Made by a program: the position numbers and the translations under genes. A DNA stretch of 64,000 bases from an uncultured Clostridia bacterium (lineage in GTDB: Bacteria > Bacillota > Clostridia > Christensenellales > CAG-138), in contig CALGGM010000178.1 of NCBI GenBank assembly GCA_937915925.1, positions 18,174 to 82,173 on the forward strand. Reading direction: 5' to 3'. The notes below the pieces were generated by a model that was not told the DNA's origin, searched no databases, and worked only from the letters and a program-made list of their open reading frames with translations. Below are positions 46,576-56,831 of the stretch, in pieces. Every line of letters starts with the position of its first letter. The first letter of the stretch is position 1.

Positions 46576-47619
46576 ATGAAACAGATTCAGGTAGCTATTT
46601 GGGGATTCGGTGCAATGGGCAGCGGTATCGCAAAGGTCCTGCTGACCAAAAAGGGCGTTGAGATCACCGGCGTATGCGACATCCATCCCGACCGCGTCGG
46701 CAAGAGCATCTATGATCTCTTAGGCGTGGAGCGCGGCGACCGCAGCGACGTGAAGGTCATCGGCGACATCGACGCGGCGTTGACGCCGAAACCCGATCTG
46801 TGCATCCTTGCGACGGATTCCTTTACGAAAAAAGCATATCCGAAGATCTGCCACTTGATCGAAAAGGGCGTAAACGTCATTTCGACCGCAGAGGAAATGA
46901 GCTATCCGCGCGCGCAGAATCCCGAGCTTGCCGATAAGATGGACGCGCTTGCAAAGGGCGCTGGCGTATCTGTACTCGGTACGGGAATCAATCCGGGACT
47001 CATGATGGACCTTCTCGCGATCTGCCTTTCCGGCTGCATGACGGACGTTGAGCACGTTCTGTGCAAACGCGTCAACTCCCTCTCCCCCTTCGGCCCCGCC
47101 GTTATGGAAGAGCAGGGCGTCGGTCTTACCGTCGAGCAGTTTGAAGAAGGCTGCAAGAACGGTACGCTTGCGGGTCACGTCGGGTTCGCGGAATCCGTCG
47201 GCATGATCGGCGAAGCGCTCGGCTTTGAGATCGACCGCTTCGAACAGCAGATGAAGCCGATCGTCACGACCGTCGACCGCAAGTCCCCCTACGGCTTTGC
47301 AAAGGCGGGCGACGTCGCGGGCGTCAACATGACCGGTCAGGGCTATATCGGCGACAAAGTCATCATCGACATGATCCACCCGCAGCAGATCGAGCCGGAG
47401 ATGGAAGGCACCTTCACGGGCGACTACATCACGCTCACCGGCACGCCGAACGTGAACATGCAGATCAAGCCGGAGGTCAACGGCGGCATCGGCACGATCG
47501 CAATGTGCGTCAACATGATCCCGCACGTTCTGAACGCGACCCCGGGTCTCAAGACGATGATCGATCTGCCCGTTCCTCACGCGATCATGGGCGATATGCG
47601 CAACTATCTGAATAAATAA
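46576..47619 (+). CDS. ord: 2,4-diaminopentanoate dehydrogenase
   Basis: DapB-like Rossmann N-terminus IWGFGAMGSG. 347 aa. First gene of an ortA-ortB-oraS-oraE cluster. Confidence 0.85.
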   Translation: MKQIQVAIWGFGAMGSGIAKVLLTKKGVEITGVCDIHPDRVGKSIYDLLGVERGDRSDVKVIGDIDAALTPKPDLCILATDSFTKKAYPKICHLIEKGVNVISTAEEMSYPRAQNPELADKMDALAKGAGVSVLGTGINPGLMMDLLAICLSGCMTDVEHVLCKRVNSLSPFGPAVMEEQGVGLTVEQFEEGCKNGTLAGHVGFAESVGMIGEALGFEIDRFEQQMKPIVTTVDRKSPYGFAKAGDVAGVNMTGQGYIGDKVIIDMIHPQQIEPEMEGTFTGDYITLTGTPNVNMQIKPEVNGGIGTIAMCVNMIPHVLNATPGLKTMIDLPVPHAIMGDMRNYLNK

Positions 47620-47629
47620 GGAGCTTGCT

Positions 47630-47941
47630 ATGGCAAAGAAAAACGATTGGGTACAGGTTCATATCGACGTTCTGAAGCCTGAAGAACGCGCTTCGAACAT
47701 CCCCGAGGACACGCGTCACGTCCCGCTGGAAATGTGGGTCAAGGGACATCTGCAGAACGACGAAGCGGAGCTCGGCGATACGGCCACGGTCGTGACCAAA
47801 ACGGGTCGCACGGTCGAAGGCACGCTCTGCGCCGTGAACCCCTGCTTTACGCACAACTTCGGCGAATACGTTCCGGAGCTCGATACGATCGAAGAAACCG
47901 TAAAGACCATTCTTTTCGGAGGTGATGAACGTCATGCGTGA
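47630..47941 (+). CDS. ortA: 2-amino-4-ketopentanoate thiolase alpha subunit
   Basis: 103-aa protein with the size and position of OrtA. Overlaps the ortB start. Confidence 0.8.
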   Translation: MAKKNDWVQVHIDVLKPEERASNIPEDTRHVPLEMWVKGHLQNDEAELGDTATVVTKTGRTVEGTLCAVNPCFTHNFGEYVPELDTIEETVKTILFGGDERHA

Positions 47942-49328
47942 CAACAGCTATTCCGCCGTTATGGCGCGTAAAAACGAGATCATGAAGCGTGCGGTCGGCA
48001 TGGACTACGATCTGTTCGAGTCCGGCTCCATCGCGTTTGACTATGAGGCAATGATGGCGGCGACGGGTTATACGCTCGACGCGGTACGCAAGATCCAGAC
48101 CGAGGAGTTTCAGATCGGCAACACGCCGCTGTATGAGCTCAAGAACCTGACCGCGCTTGCGCGCGCCTGCGCGCCGCAGGGCATGGGCGCCCGCATCTTC
48201 GTTAAGGACGAAGCATCCAACCTGTCCGGCAGCTTCAAGGTCCGCCGTGCGGCGACGAGCATCCATCAGGCGAAAAAGATGGGCTACAAGGGCGTCATCT
48301 CCGCAACGAGCGGCAACTATGGCGCGGCGGTTGCGGCATGCGCCGCAAAGGCAGGCTTAAAGTGCATCGTCGTGCAGGAATGCTTCGATTCGAAGGGCAT
48401 CGGTCAGCCGGAGATCATCGAAAAGGCGCGTAAGTGCGAAGCGTTGGGCGCCGAGGTCGTGCAGCTCACCGTCGGTCCCGAGCTCTTCTATATGTTCCTT
48501 CGCATGCTCGAGGAGACCGGCTACTTCAACGCGTCCCTGTATACGCCGTTCGGCATTGCAGGCGTGGAAACGCTGGGCTATGAGATCGCACAGCAGTGCC
48601 GTCTGATGCTCGGCAGAGATCCCGATATGGTCGTCTGCACCAACGCGGGCGGCGGCAACCTCACCGGCACGGCGCGCGGTCTTCTGAAAGCCGGCGCGAA
48701 GTCCGAGGTCGTCGCGGCAAGCGTCAACCTTTCGGGTCTGCATATGGCGAGCGATCACCAGTTCAATCTGAAATCCTTCACGACCGGACACACGGGCTTC
48801 GGCATGCCGTTCTCGACATGGCCGGACCGCAGCGACGTTCCGAGAAGCGCGGCAAGACCGCTCCGCTATATGGATCGCTACGTGACGGTCAATCAGGGCG
48901 AGGTCTTCTATACCACCGAGATGCTCGCTGCGCTCGAAGGTATGGAAAAGGGTCCCGCCGGCAACACGTCGCTTGCGGCTGCATTTGCGCTTTCGCAGAC
49001 CATGCCGAAGGATAAGATCATCGTCGTGCAGGAGACCGAGTATACCGGCGCGGGCAAGCATGTCAACGCACAGCTCAGCTTTGCAAGAAGCAACGGCATC
49101 GATATTCATTTCGGCAATCCCGAGGATGAGGTTCCCGGAAAGAGCATCATTCTCCCCTCCCATCCCTCGATGATCAAGGCGCGTCCCGCCGATATGACGC
49201 ATCTTCGCGCGTCGCTGATCCGCAACGCCCTGAAGATGACCGGCAAGGAACCGACCGACGCGGACATCGACTTCCTTGCAGAGGAAACCAAGACGGACAG
49301 AACATTTGTAAAGGAGCATCTAGCATGA
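47934..49328 (+). CDS. ortB: 2-amino-4-ketopentanoate thiolase beta subunit (PLP, TrpB/threonine synthase fold)
   Basis: PLP-Lys in NLSGSFKVRRA, SATSGNYG, GGGN loop. Start is probably ATG 47934 (GGAGG 11 nt upstream); GTG 47922 and ATG 47925 are also possible. Confidence 0.85.
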   Translation: MRDNSYSAVMARKNEIMKRAVGMDYDLFESGSIAFDYEAMMAATGYTLDAVRKIQTEEFQIGNTPLYELKNLTALARACAPQGMGARIFVKDEASNLSGSFKVRRAATSIHQAKKMGYKGVISATSGNYGAAVAACAAKAGLKCIVVQECFDSKGIGQPEIIEKARKCEALGAEVVQLTVGPELFYMFLRMLEETGYFNASLYTPFGIAGVETLGYEIAQQCRLMLGRDPDMVVCTNAGGGNLTGTARGLLKAGAKSEVVAASVNLSGLHMASDHQFNLKSFTTGHTGFGMPFSTWPDRSDVPRSAARPLRYMDRYVTVNQGEVFYTTEMLAALEGMEKGPAGNTSLAAAFALSQTMPKDKIIVVQETEYTGAGKHVNAQLSFARSNGIDIHFGNPEDEVPGKSIILPSHPSMIKARPADMTHLRASLIRNALKMTGKEPTDADIDFLAEETKTDRTFVKEHLA

Positions 49329-49690
49329 AACGCAACGACGACTTTGAAACAAGAAGAGAGCATTTGAAGGGGCTCTCCGACGCGGAGCTGGAAAACCGCT
49401 TCTGGTCGCTGATCGACGAGCTGACCTCGCCGCTTCTGAAGCTCGGCTATGAGAACACGACGCCCGCCATTGAGCGCAGCGTGCTGCTGCGCATGGGCTT
49501 TTCTTCGCTCGAAGCAAAGGCGCTTGTCGAGGGCTGCATGGAGCATAACCTGATGGAGCACGGCGCGGGCAACGTCGTCTACCGCCTCTCGAAAAAGGAC
49601 GGCACGGACGTTCGTACGGCGGGTCTCAAGCTGATTGAAACCGCGGCGTGGGAGGAAGCGGAAGCATTGTTCGGAGGTGAAAACGCATGA
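49325..49690 (+). CDS. oraS: D-ornithine 4,5-aminomutase subunit S
   Basis: 121 aa. The block NTTPAIERSVLLRMGFSSLEAKA recalls the C. sticklandii OraS sequence. ATGA overlaps on both sides. Confidence 0.9.
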   Translation: MKRNDDFETRREHLKGLSDAELENRFWSLIDELTSPLLKLGYENTTPAIERSVLLRMGFSSLEAKALVEGCMEHNLMEHGAGNVVYRLSKKDGTDVRTAGLKLIETAAWEEAEALFGGENA

Positions 49691-51915
49691 GCGAATATAA
49701 ACTCGATAAGGACACCAAGATCGACGTCGCAAAGGTTCTTGAAGACCTCGAGCATTATCATCCGCGCCGCCGCGGCTGGACATGGCGCGAGCCGCAGCCC
49801 GGTCTTGAAATGGGTCCGTTCACCTATCAGGACGCAAGCAAGCCCTTAAAGGACAGCGTCGGACTTCCCCCTGCCCACTATTTCGGCGACATCGACCCGC
49901 AGCCGCTCCCCGTCATCACGACGGAGATCGCTTCCGGCAGATTTGAGGACGACATCCGCCGTATGCGTATGGCGGCGCACCACGGCGCGGATCACATTAT
50001 GGTCATCCGTACCGCGGGTCAGAGCCACTTCGACGGACTGATCGAGGGCACGCCGCAGGGTATCGGCGGCGTTCCGGTCACGCGCAAGCAGGTCCGCGCA
50101 CAGCGCAAGGCGCTCGATATGATCGAGGATGAGGTCGGCCGTCCGATCAACTATCACAGCTATGTTTCCGGCGTTGCAGGCCCGGACATCGCGGTCATGT
50201 TCGCCGAGGAAGGCGTGAACGGCGCGCATCAGGACCCGCAGTACAACGTCATCTACCGCAACATCAATATGGTGCGTTCGTTCGTCGACGCATGCGAATC
50301 GAAAAAGGTCATGGCGTGGGCGGATATGGCGCAGATCGACGGCGCGCACAACGCGAACGCAACCGCGCGCGACGCGTGGAAGGTCATGCCGGAGCTGATG
50401 GTACAGCACGGCATCAACGCGCTGATCTCCGCAAAGGTCGGCATGAAGAAGAAAAACATCTGCCTCTCCACCGTTCCTCCGACAGCAACGCCGGGTCCGT
50501 GCATCCATATGGACCTGCCCTATGCGGTCGCGCTTCGCGATCTGTTCCATGAGTACCGCATGCGCGCGCAGATGAACACCAAGTATATCGAAGCGTCCAC
50601 GCGCGAAGCGACGGTTACCCATGTGCTGAACATGGTCATTTCGAAGCTCACGAGCGCGGATATCCAGAGCACGATCACTCCGGACGAGGGACGCAACGTG
50701 CCGTGGCATATCTACAACATCGAAGCGTGCGACACCGCAAAGCAGGCGCTGATCGGTATGGACGGACTGATGGATATGGTTGAGCTCAAAAAGGACGGCT
50801 ATCTTCGCGAGAAGGCGCGCGAGCTCAAGGAACGCGCAGTGCTGTTCCTCGAAAACATGATCGAGCTCGGCGGTTACTTCAACTCCGTCGAGGAAGGCTT
50901 CTTCGTCGACTCCGGCATGTTCCCCGAGCGCAACGGCGACGGCATCTCCCGCAAGATCGACGGCGGCATCGGCGTCGGTACGGTCATCAAGCGCGCGGCG
51001 GATTACTGCGCGCCGGTCACCGCGCACTACGGCTACAACAACGTTGCGCAGTACGATCCGGACGCAGTCGACGATCCCGCTAAGCTCATCGGCGGCTGCA
51101 CCTTTGAATGCCCCGAAAAGATCCAATATATCGACGAGCTCGACGAGACCGACAACGTCTATCTCCGTATGGACGAGGTCAAGGACTTTGCCGGTCCTGA
51201 CGCGAAGCTCATCAAGCCGGAAATGGAATGGCTTGCGGATGGCACCGTCATGCTGACAATGTTCTTCCCCACCGACGTGCGGCACGCGGAAGCGGCGGCG
51301 CTGGAGATCGGTAAAAGGATGAACCTTGTCGACTGCGAGGTCATCAACCGCGAGATCATGCACCGTGCCGAAGGTACGCGCATCGAGATGAAGGGCAAGG
51401 TCAACTTTGCGATCAACATGGACGAGCTGCAGCTGCCCACCGTTCCTGACGTGCTGAGCGACGACGAACTTTGGGAAGCGATCGACAAGAAGCCCATGCG
51501 CATCGTAGCGGGCACAATCGGCGACGACGAGCATTCCGTCGGTCTTCGTGAGATTCTGAACATCAAGCACGGCGGCATCGAAAAGTACGGCATCGAGTGC
51601 ATTTATCTCGGAACCTCCGTCCCGCCCGAAAAGCTCGTGCAGGCGGCGATCGAAACGAACGCGGACGCGATGCTGGCGTCCTGCATCATTTCGCACGACG
51701 ATATCCATTATAAGAATATCGCAAAGGTCGACCGTATCGCGCGTGAAATGGGCGTTCGCGACAAGCTGATGTTCGTTGCGGGCGGCACGCAGGTCACCGA
51801 TGAGGGCGCGCGTGAAGCGGGCGCGGACGTCGGCTTCGGACGCGGATCACACGGAAATCATGTCGCGACGTTCCTTGTCAAGGAGCGCGCAAGAAGAGAA
51901 CAGAATGCACGTTAA
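49687..51915 (+). CDS. oraE: D-ornithine 4,5-aminomutase subunit E (PLP/adenosylcobalamin)
   Basis: 742 aa. C-terminal B12-binding DxHxxG (GDDEHSVGL) in a Rossmann-like domain after a large TIM-barrel part. Confidence 0.9.
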   Translation: MSEYKLDKDTKIDVAKVLEDLEHYHPRRRGWTWREPQPGLEMGPFTYQDASKPLKDSVGLPPAHYFGDIDPQPLPVITTEIASGRFEDDIRRMRMAAHHGADHIMVIRTAGQSHFDGLIEGTPQGIGGVPVTRKQVRAQRKALDMIEDEVGRPINYHSYVSGVAGPDIAVMFAEEGVNGAHQDPQYNVIYRNINMVRSFVDACESKKVMAWADMAQIDGAHNANATARDAWKVMPELMVQHGINALISAKVGMKKKNICLSTVPPTATPGPCIHMDLPYAVALRDLFHEYRMRAQMNTKYIEASTREATVTHVLNMVISKLTSADIQSTITPDEGRNVPWHIYNIEACDTAKQALIGMDGLMDMVELKKDGYLREKARELKERAVLFLENMIELGGYFNSVEEGFFVDSGMFPERNGDGISRKIDGGIGVGTVIKRAADYCAPVTAHYGYNNVAQYDPDAVDDPAKLIGGCTFECPEKIQYIDELDETDNVYLRMDEVKDFAGPDAKLIKPEMEWLADGTVMLTMFFPTDVRHAEAAALEIGKRMNLVDCEVINREIMHRAEGTRIEMKGKVNFAINMDELQLPTVPDVLSDDELWEAIDKKPMRIVAGTIGDDEHSVGLREILNIKHGGIEKYGIECIYLGTSVPPEKLVQAAIETNADAMLASCIISHDDIHYKNIAKVDRIAREMGVRDKLMFVAGGTQVTDEGAREAGADVGFGRGSHGNHVATFLVKERARREQNAR

Positions 51916-53281
51916 CGTACTGGTAGCAGAAATCGGATCGACTACGACGATCGTCAACGCGTTTGACGGTCTCGGTTCAACGGCCCCTTCCTTCGTCGCG
52001 CAGGGCAAGGCGCCCACGACGGTTTTGGACGGGGACGTGCGGATCGGGCTTCAGAACGCGGTTGACGATCTTCTTTCGCATACCGATGAACATGCGCTGA
52101 CCTACGATCGCATGCTTGCGTCCGGGTCGGCGGCAGGCGGACTCAAGATGACGGTCCACGGACTGGTCCGCGATATGACGGTTCGAGCGGCGGAAGCGGC
52201 GGCGCTCGGCGCAGGCGCAATCATTGTACAGACGACCGCGGGCAAGATGAACGAATTCGACGTCGAGGACCTCAATGCCGCGCGTCCGAATCTGATCCTG
52301 CTTGCGGGCGGTACGGATTACGGCGAGCGCGAGACGGCGGTTTACAACATGCGTATGATCGCAAACAGCGGTCTGAAGACGCCGGTGATTTATTGCGGCA
52401 ATGTACAGAACCGCACGGTCATTTCGCATATCGCCGGGGAAAACGGGATCCCGCTCTCGATCGCGGACAACGTTTATCCGAAGCTTGACGAGCTGAACGT
52501 CGAATCCGTGCGCAGGGTCATTCACGCGATGTTCGAAAAGCACATCGTGAACGCGCCCGGCATGGAACACATCCGCGACATGGTGAACGGCTCAATTCTC
52601 CCGACGCCCGGCAGCGTCATGCTCGCCGCGCAGCTTCTGTACGATGAGATCGGCGATCTTGCGGTCATCGACATCGGCGGCGCAACGACGGATGTGCATT
52701 CGGTTACGGACGGATCGGTCGACATCGTTTCGATGATGACCACGCCGGAGCCGAAGGCAAAGCGCACCGTGGAGGGCGATCTCGGCCTTTACATCAACGC
52801 GCACAATCTGGTCGATCGGATCGGCGTCGATGTGCTCGATCGTGAGCTGATGATCGACACTGCGTCTGTCATGCGCGAATATCTTCCGATCCCCAAGACC
52901 GAGAACCAGTTCAAGCTGACGGAACGGCTTTGCCTCGAAGCGGGGTTGGTCGCGCTCGATCGGCACGCGGGAAAGCTTCGGCATCTGTATACGCCGCAGG
53001 GCAGACGCACAATCGCCGAGGGCAAGGACCTGACGGCGATTCGCTGGCTCGTGGGAACCGGCGGCGCGCTGACAAGGCTTCCGCATCACACCGCGCTGTT
53101 ACGGGCGATCGCGGACTGCAACAAGAGCCGTATGCAGTTGTTCCCTTCCCCGGGAACGGTTCGTACGCTCGTGGATAACGATTACATCATGGCGTCGATC
53201 GGCGTCCTCTCGAAGGAGGATCCTGACGCGGCGCTTCGCCTTTTGAAGGAGAGCATTCGATGGGACACAATCCAACACTGA
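51905..53281 (+). CDS. GlmL/MutL-like aminomutase accessory (reactivase-type) protein
   Basis: Start moved from 51776 to ATG 51905. ASKHA-type phosphate loops VAEIGSTTT and DIGGATTD. Position between oraE and orr. Confidence 0.75.
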   Translation: MHVNVLVAEIGSTTTIVNAFDGLGSTAPSFVAQGKAPTTVLDGDVRIGLQNAVDDLLSHTDEHALTYDRMLASGSAAGGLKMTVHGLVRDMTVRAAEAAALGAGAIIVQTTAGKMNEFDVEDLNAARPNLILLAGGTDYGERETAVYNMRMIANSGLKTPVIYCGNVQNRTVISHIAGENGIPLSIADNVYPKLDELNVESVRRVIHAMFEKHIVNAPGMEHIRDMVNGSILPTPGSVMLAAQLLYDEIGDLAVIDIGGATTDVHSVTDGSVDIVSMMTTPEPKAKRTVEGDLGLYINAHNLVDRIGVDVLDRELMIDTASVMREYLPIPKTENQFKLTERLCLEAGLVALDRHAGKLRHLYTPQGRRTIAEGKDLTAIRWLVGTGGALTRLPHHTALLRAIADCNKSRMQLFPSPGTVRTLVDNDYIMASIGVLSKEDPDAALRLLKESIRWDTIQH

Positions 53282-54330
53282 TCATTGACAGAAAAAAACT
53301 GCTTCACAATATGCGGCTGCTGGTGAGCATGGCGCATGAGGAAGGCGTTCGGATCGCTCTCGTTTCAAAAGTCGTTTGCGCGCATCCGGCTGTGATCGAC
53401 TGCATCAATCACAGCAGAGCCGACATGCTTGCGGATTCGCGTGCGGAAAATCTTCTGCGTTCCGAAACAAGCCTTCCGAAGCTGATGCTTCGCGTGGGCA
53501 TGCCGGAGGCGGCGGATGAGATCGTCCGCGCGTCTGACGTGAGCCTCGAAAGCGAGAAGGCAACGGTCCTTGCGCTGCAGGACGCCGCCGCACGCCAGAA
53601 CAAGGTGCATCGCGTGATCCTGATGATCGACCTCGGAGACCTTCGCGAAGGAATTTTCTTCCGCAATTGGGACGAGATCCTTGCGTTTGCAAAGACGGTC
53701 AAGGCTTGTCCGAACCTTGAGCTGTACGGCACGGGGACCAACCTCACCTGCTATGGCTCGGTCCTGCCGGACCGGGAAAATCTCGGCATCCTTGTGCAGA
53801 TCACGGAGCGGCTTCGAAAGAAGCTTGACCTCCCCATCCCCATCATTTCGGGCGGAAACAGCACGTCCGTTCAGCTCTTGCTCGACGGCACGCTTCCGAA
53901 GGGTGTCAACCATCTGCGCCTCGGCGAATCCGTCATGTGCGGCATGATCCCCGGCACGTATACGCCGATTCCCGGCTGTTATCAGGATGCGTTTCGACTC
54001 GACGCGACGATTGTGGAATGCAAGGAAAAACCGTCGTATCCCATCGGCACGCTCAGCAAAAACGCGTTCGGCGAAACGGTTACGTACATCGACAAGGGCA
54101 TGATGAAACGCGGCATTGCGGCGATCGGCAGACAGGACGTGCGCATAGACGGGCTGACCCCGCTCGATCCGAACGTCGAGATCCTCGGCGCAAGTTCCGA
54201 TCATCTTTTGCTCGATCTTACGAAATGCGACTATCGCGTCGGCGACACGGTTTCCTTCGGCGTCGATTACGGAGCGCTGCTTTCGGCGAGCACGAGCGCC
54301 TACGTCCGTAAGGAGGTCGTCGGACTTTGA
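53260..54330 (+). CDS. orr: ornithine racemase (alanine racemase-fold PLP enzyme)
   Basis: N-terminal TIM-barrel with PLP-Lys context ALVSKVV. 356 aa. GGAGAG RBS. Last enzyme of the cluster. Confidence 0.8.
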   Translation: MGHNPTLIIDRKKLLHNMRLLVSMAHEEGVRIALVSKVVCAHPAVIDCINHSRADMLADSRAENLLRSETSLPKLMLRVGMPEAADEIVRASDVSLESEKATVLALQDAAARQNKVHRVILMIDLGDLREGIFFRNWDEILAFAKTVKACPNLELYGTGTNLTCYGSVLPDRENLGILVQITERLRKKLDLPIPIISGGNSTSVQLLLDGTLPKGVNHLRLGESVMCGMIPGTYTPIPGCYQDAFRLDATIVECKEKPSYPIGTLSKNAFGETVTYIDKGMMKRGIAAIGRQDVRIDGLTPLDPNVEILGASSDHLLLDLTKCDYRVGDTVSFGVDYGALLSASTSAYVRKEVVGL

Positions 54331-55061
54331 GCACGCTTCACTATAAGGTGCATTCGGTCGAATCCGTCAAATCCACGAACACGACGGTCAAAGCGCTTGC
54401 CAAGGAAGGCGCGCCGGAGGGCTATGTGCTCGTCGCGTCCTTGCAGACGAACGGACGCGGCAGGCTGAACCGCGTGTTCTTTTCCCCAAAGGGGACCGGT
54501 TTATACGTTTCGATCCTGCTAAGACCGACTTGTCCTCTGCCGCCTTATGCGCTCACCTGCATGGCGGCGGTCGCACTGCGTGAGACGGCTGCGGAATTCA
54601 ACGTCCCGTGCAGCATCAAGTGGGTCAACGATCTCTACGTGAACGGGAAAAAGGCCGCGGGGATCTTAGTCGAAAGCGCATTGGATCGCGACGGCGGGTT
54701 TCTCTATGCTGTCGTCGGCATCGGCGTCAATCTGTTTCTGCCGGAGGGCGGGTTCCCGCAGAACATCGAGAACACCGCAACCGCGCTGTTTTCCGATCCG
54801 CCGGATGAGGAAGTGAGAAAGCAGTTTCTAAAAAAGCTGCTCCTCCGGTTTAAGCAGCATTACGATCGCCTTCCGGAGATCGATTTTTTCGATGCGTACC
54901 GCGAAAACCTGATCGGGATCGGAAAAGAGGTCATGGTATCGGGAGCGGACGGCGTGCGGTTCGGAACAACCGTCGGCGTCGATCGCTCGTTCCGGCTTCT
55001 GGTACGCTTTCCGGATGGGTCGGAGGAAGCACTTGACCGCGGAGAAATCTCGCTTTTATGA
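54327..55061 (+). CDS. birA: biotin--[acetyl-CoA-carboxylase] ligase (class I BirA, no HTH)
   Basis: TTG start overlaps the orr TGA, with AAGGAGG 10 nt upstream. GRGRLNRVFFSPKGTGLY, KWVNDL. Confidence 0.88.
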   Translation: MSTLHYKVHSVESVKSTNTTVKALAKEGAPEGYVLVASLQTNGRGRLNRVFFSPKGTGLYVSILLRPTCPLPPYALTCMAAVALRETAAEFNVPCSIKWVNDLYVNGKKAAGILVESALDRDGGFLYAVVGIGVNLFLPEGGFPQNIENTATALFSDPPDEEVRKQFLKKLLLRFKQHYDRLPEIDFFDAYRENLIGIGKEVMVSGADGVRFGTTVGVDRSFRLLVRFPDGSEEALDRGEISLL

Positions 55062-55064
55062 ACG

Positions 55065-55099
55065 TACCGTATACCCTTGCCCGGTATACGGTATTCTCT
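55065..55099 (+). terminator. Hairpin terminator candidate after birA
   Basis: TACCGTATACC-cttgccc-GGTATACGGTA (11 bp) followed by the weak U-tract TTCTCT. Confidence 0.45.
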
Positions 55100-55119
55100 A
55101 AGAGAATCCGATAAATTCC

Positions 55120-55148
55120 TTGAAAAAACCGAAAGCGTCATGTATACT
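55120..55148 (+). promoter_or_regulatory. sigma-A-type promoter of ecfA-ecfA'-ecfT-truA-tadA
   Basis: TTGAAA-N17-TATACT. Confidence 0.6.
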
Positions 55149-55176
55149 GTTACATGAAAATTTTTCGGAGCTCAGC

Positions 55177-55992
55177 ATGATACAATTCGATCACGTTACA
55201 TTCCAATACGAAAAAGCCGAAACGCCCGCGCTTACGGACGTCAGCCTTGTCATTGAACAGGGCGAGTTTGTCACGATCGTCGGGCATAACGGCAGCGGCA
55301 AAAGTACGCTCGCAAAGCATATCAACGGTCTCCTTCTGCCGACTGAGGGCGTCGTAACGGTCTGCGGCATGCGCACCGATCACGAGGAGGACACGCTTGC
55401 GATCCGCCAAAAGGTCGGCATGGCGTTTCAGAATCCCGACAATCAGCTTGTGACGACCGTCGTGGAAGAGGACGTCGCGTTCGGACCGGAAAACCTCGGG
55501 ATCGCGCCGAACGAGATCCGCGTGCGCGTCGACGAAGCGCTTGCCGCGGTCGGCATGAGCGATTACGCGACGTTTGCGGTCCACCACCTCTCCGGCGGTC
55601 AGAAGCAGCGGATCGCGATCGCAGGCATTCTTGCGCTGAAACCGGAGATCCTCGTGCTCGACGAAGCGAGCGCCATGCTCGATCCGAGCGGACGCGCGGA
55701 GCTTTTGGAAACCGTTTCCAAACTGCATGACGAAGGAATGACCGTCGTCATGGTCACGCAGTACATGGAAGAGACGGTCGGCTGCGATCGCGTCGTCGTG
55801 ATGAACGGCGGCAGGATCGTCCTGACCGGAACGCCGACCGAGGTGTTTCAGCAGCCTGAACTGCTCGCCGAAAGCAACCTCGTACCGCCCGAAACCGTGC
55901 GCATCCGCGACACGCTGCGCACCATAGGATTCACGCTTTCGGACCGGGTACTGACTGCGGAGCAGTTAGCGGAGGAATTATGTCCATCGTAA
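55177..55992 (+). CDS. ecfA: energy-coupling factor transporter ATPase EcfA1
   Basis: Start moved to ATG 55177. Walker A GHNGSGKST, LSGGQKQR, VLDEASAMLD. Confidence 0.93.
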   Translation: MIQFDHVTFQYEKAETPALTDVSLVIEQGEFVTIVGHNGSGKSTLAKHINGLLLPTEGVVTVCGMRTDHEEDTLAIRQKVGMAFQNPDNQLVTTVVEEDVAFGPENLGIAPNEIRVRVDEALAAVGMSDYATFAVHHLSGGQKQRIAIAGILALKPEILVLDEASAMLDPSGRAELLETVSKLHDEGMTVVMVTQYMEETVGCDRVVVMNGGRIVLTGTPTEVFQQPELLAESNLVPPETVRIRDTLRTIGFTLSDRVLTAEQLAEELCPS

Positions 55993-56831
55993 TCGATCAT
56001 CTTACGTTTGCATATACGGAGGGCGGCAAAAAGCTCGAGCCGACCCTGAAGGATCTGACCTTCACGATCGAAGAAGGTTCTTTTTTGGGTATCATCGGAC
56101 ACACCGGCAGCGGCAAGTCCACCTTTGTGAAGCATCTGAACGGCTTGATTCCGTGTGAAAAAGGAACGGTCACCGTCGACGGACATGATCTTTCCGACAA
56201 GGCGGAACGCAGGATCGTCCGCTCCTTGGTCGGCATGGTGTTCCAGTATCCCGAGTATCAGCTGTTTGCCGAATCCGTATTCGAGGACGTCGCATTCGGT
56301 CCGCGCAACATGAAGCTGGACGCGGACGAGGTCAAGAAGCGCGTCGAGCACGCAATGGAGCTGGTAGGATTGGAACCCGAGCGCTTCTCTGCCCGCTCGC
56401 CGTTTGAGCTGTCCGGCGGCGAACGCAGACGCGCCGCGATCGCCGGCGTGCTTGCGATGCAGCCGAAGTACCTGGTGCTCGACGAACCGATGGCGGGCCT
56501 CGATCCGCTCGGCAGAAAAGAGATCCTCACGCTGTTGGAGAAGCTTCGCACCGAATCCGGCTGCACGGTCATTATGATCTCGCATTCCATGGACGATATC
56601 GCAAACCATGCGACAAAGGTCCTCGTGCTCGAACAGGGCAGCGTATTCGCGTACGACACGCCGCGGGCTGTATTTTTGCGCGCGGAAGAGCTGCAAAGGA
56701 TCGGTCTGTCCGTTCCGAGCGTTACCAAGATCTGTATCGCGCTGCAGAAAAAGGGCGTACAGATTCCCGCATCGATCTGCACGGAGCAAGCGCTGATCGA
56801 TTGGTTTAAGGAGGGCAATTTCCATGCGTGA
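55980..56831 (+). CDS. ecfA2: energy-coupling factor transporter ATPase EcfA2
   Basis: Walker A GHTGSGKST, LSGGERRR, VLDEPMAGLD. Overlaps both neighbours. Confidence 0.93.
   Translation: MSIVIDHLTFAYTEGGKKLEPTLKDLTFTIEEGSFLGIIGHTGSGKSTFVKHLNGLIPCEKGTVTVDGHDLSDKAERRIVRSLVGMVFQYPEYQLFAESVFEDVAFGPRNMKLDADEVKKRVEHAMELVGLEPERFSARSPFELSGGERRRAAIAGVLAMQPKYLVLDEPMAGLDPLGRKEILTLLEKLRTESGCTVIMISHSMDDIANHATKVLVLEQGSVFAYDTPRAVFLRAEELQRIGLSVPSVTKICIALQKKGVQIPASICTEQALIDWFKEGNFHA

Noticed and set aside
49846-51708. 620-aa minus-strand ORF.
   Set aside because: Antisense to oraE (B12 DxHxxG motif and OraS/OraE coupling on the plus strand). It has no RBS and an Arg/His/Asp/Val-rich low-information sequence, so I treat it as a GC-content artefact.
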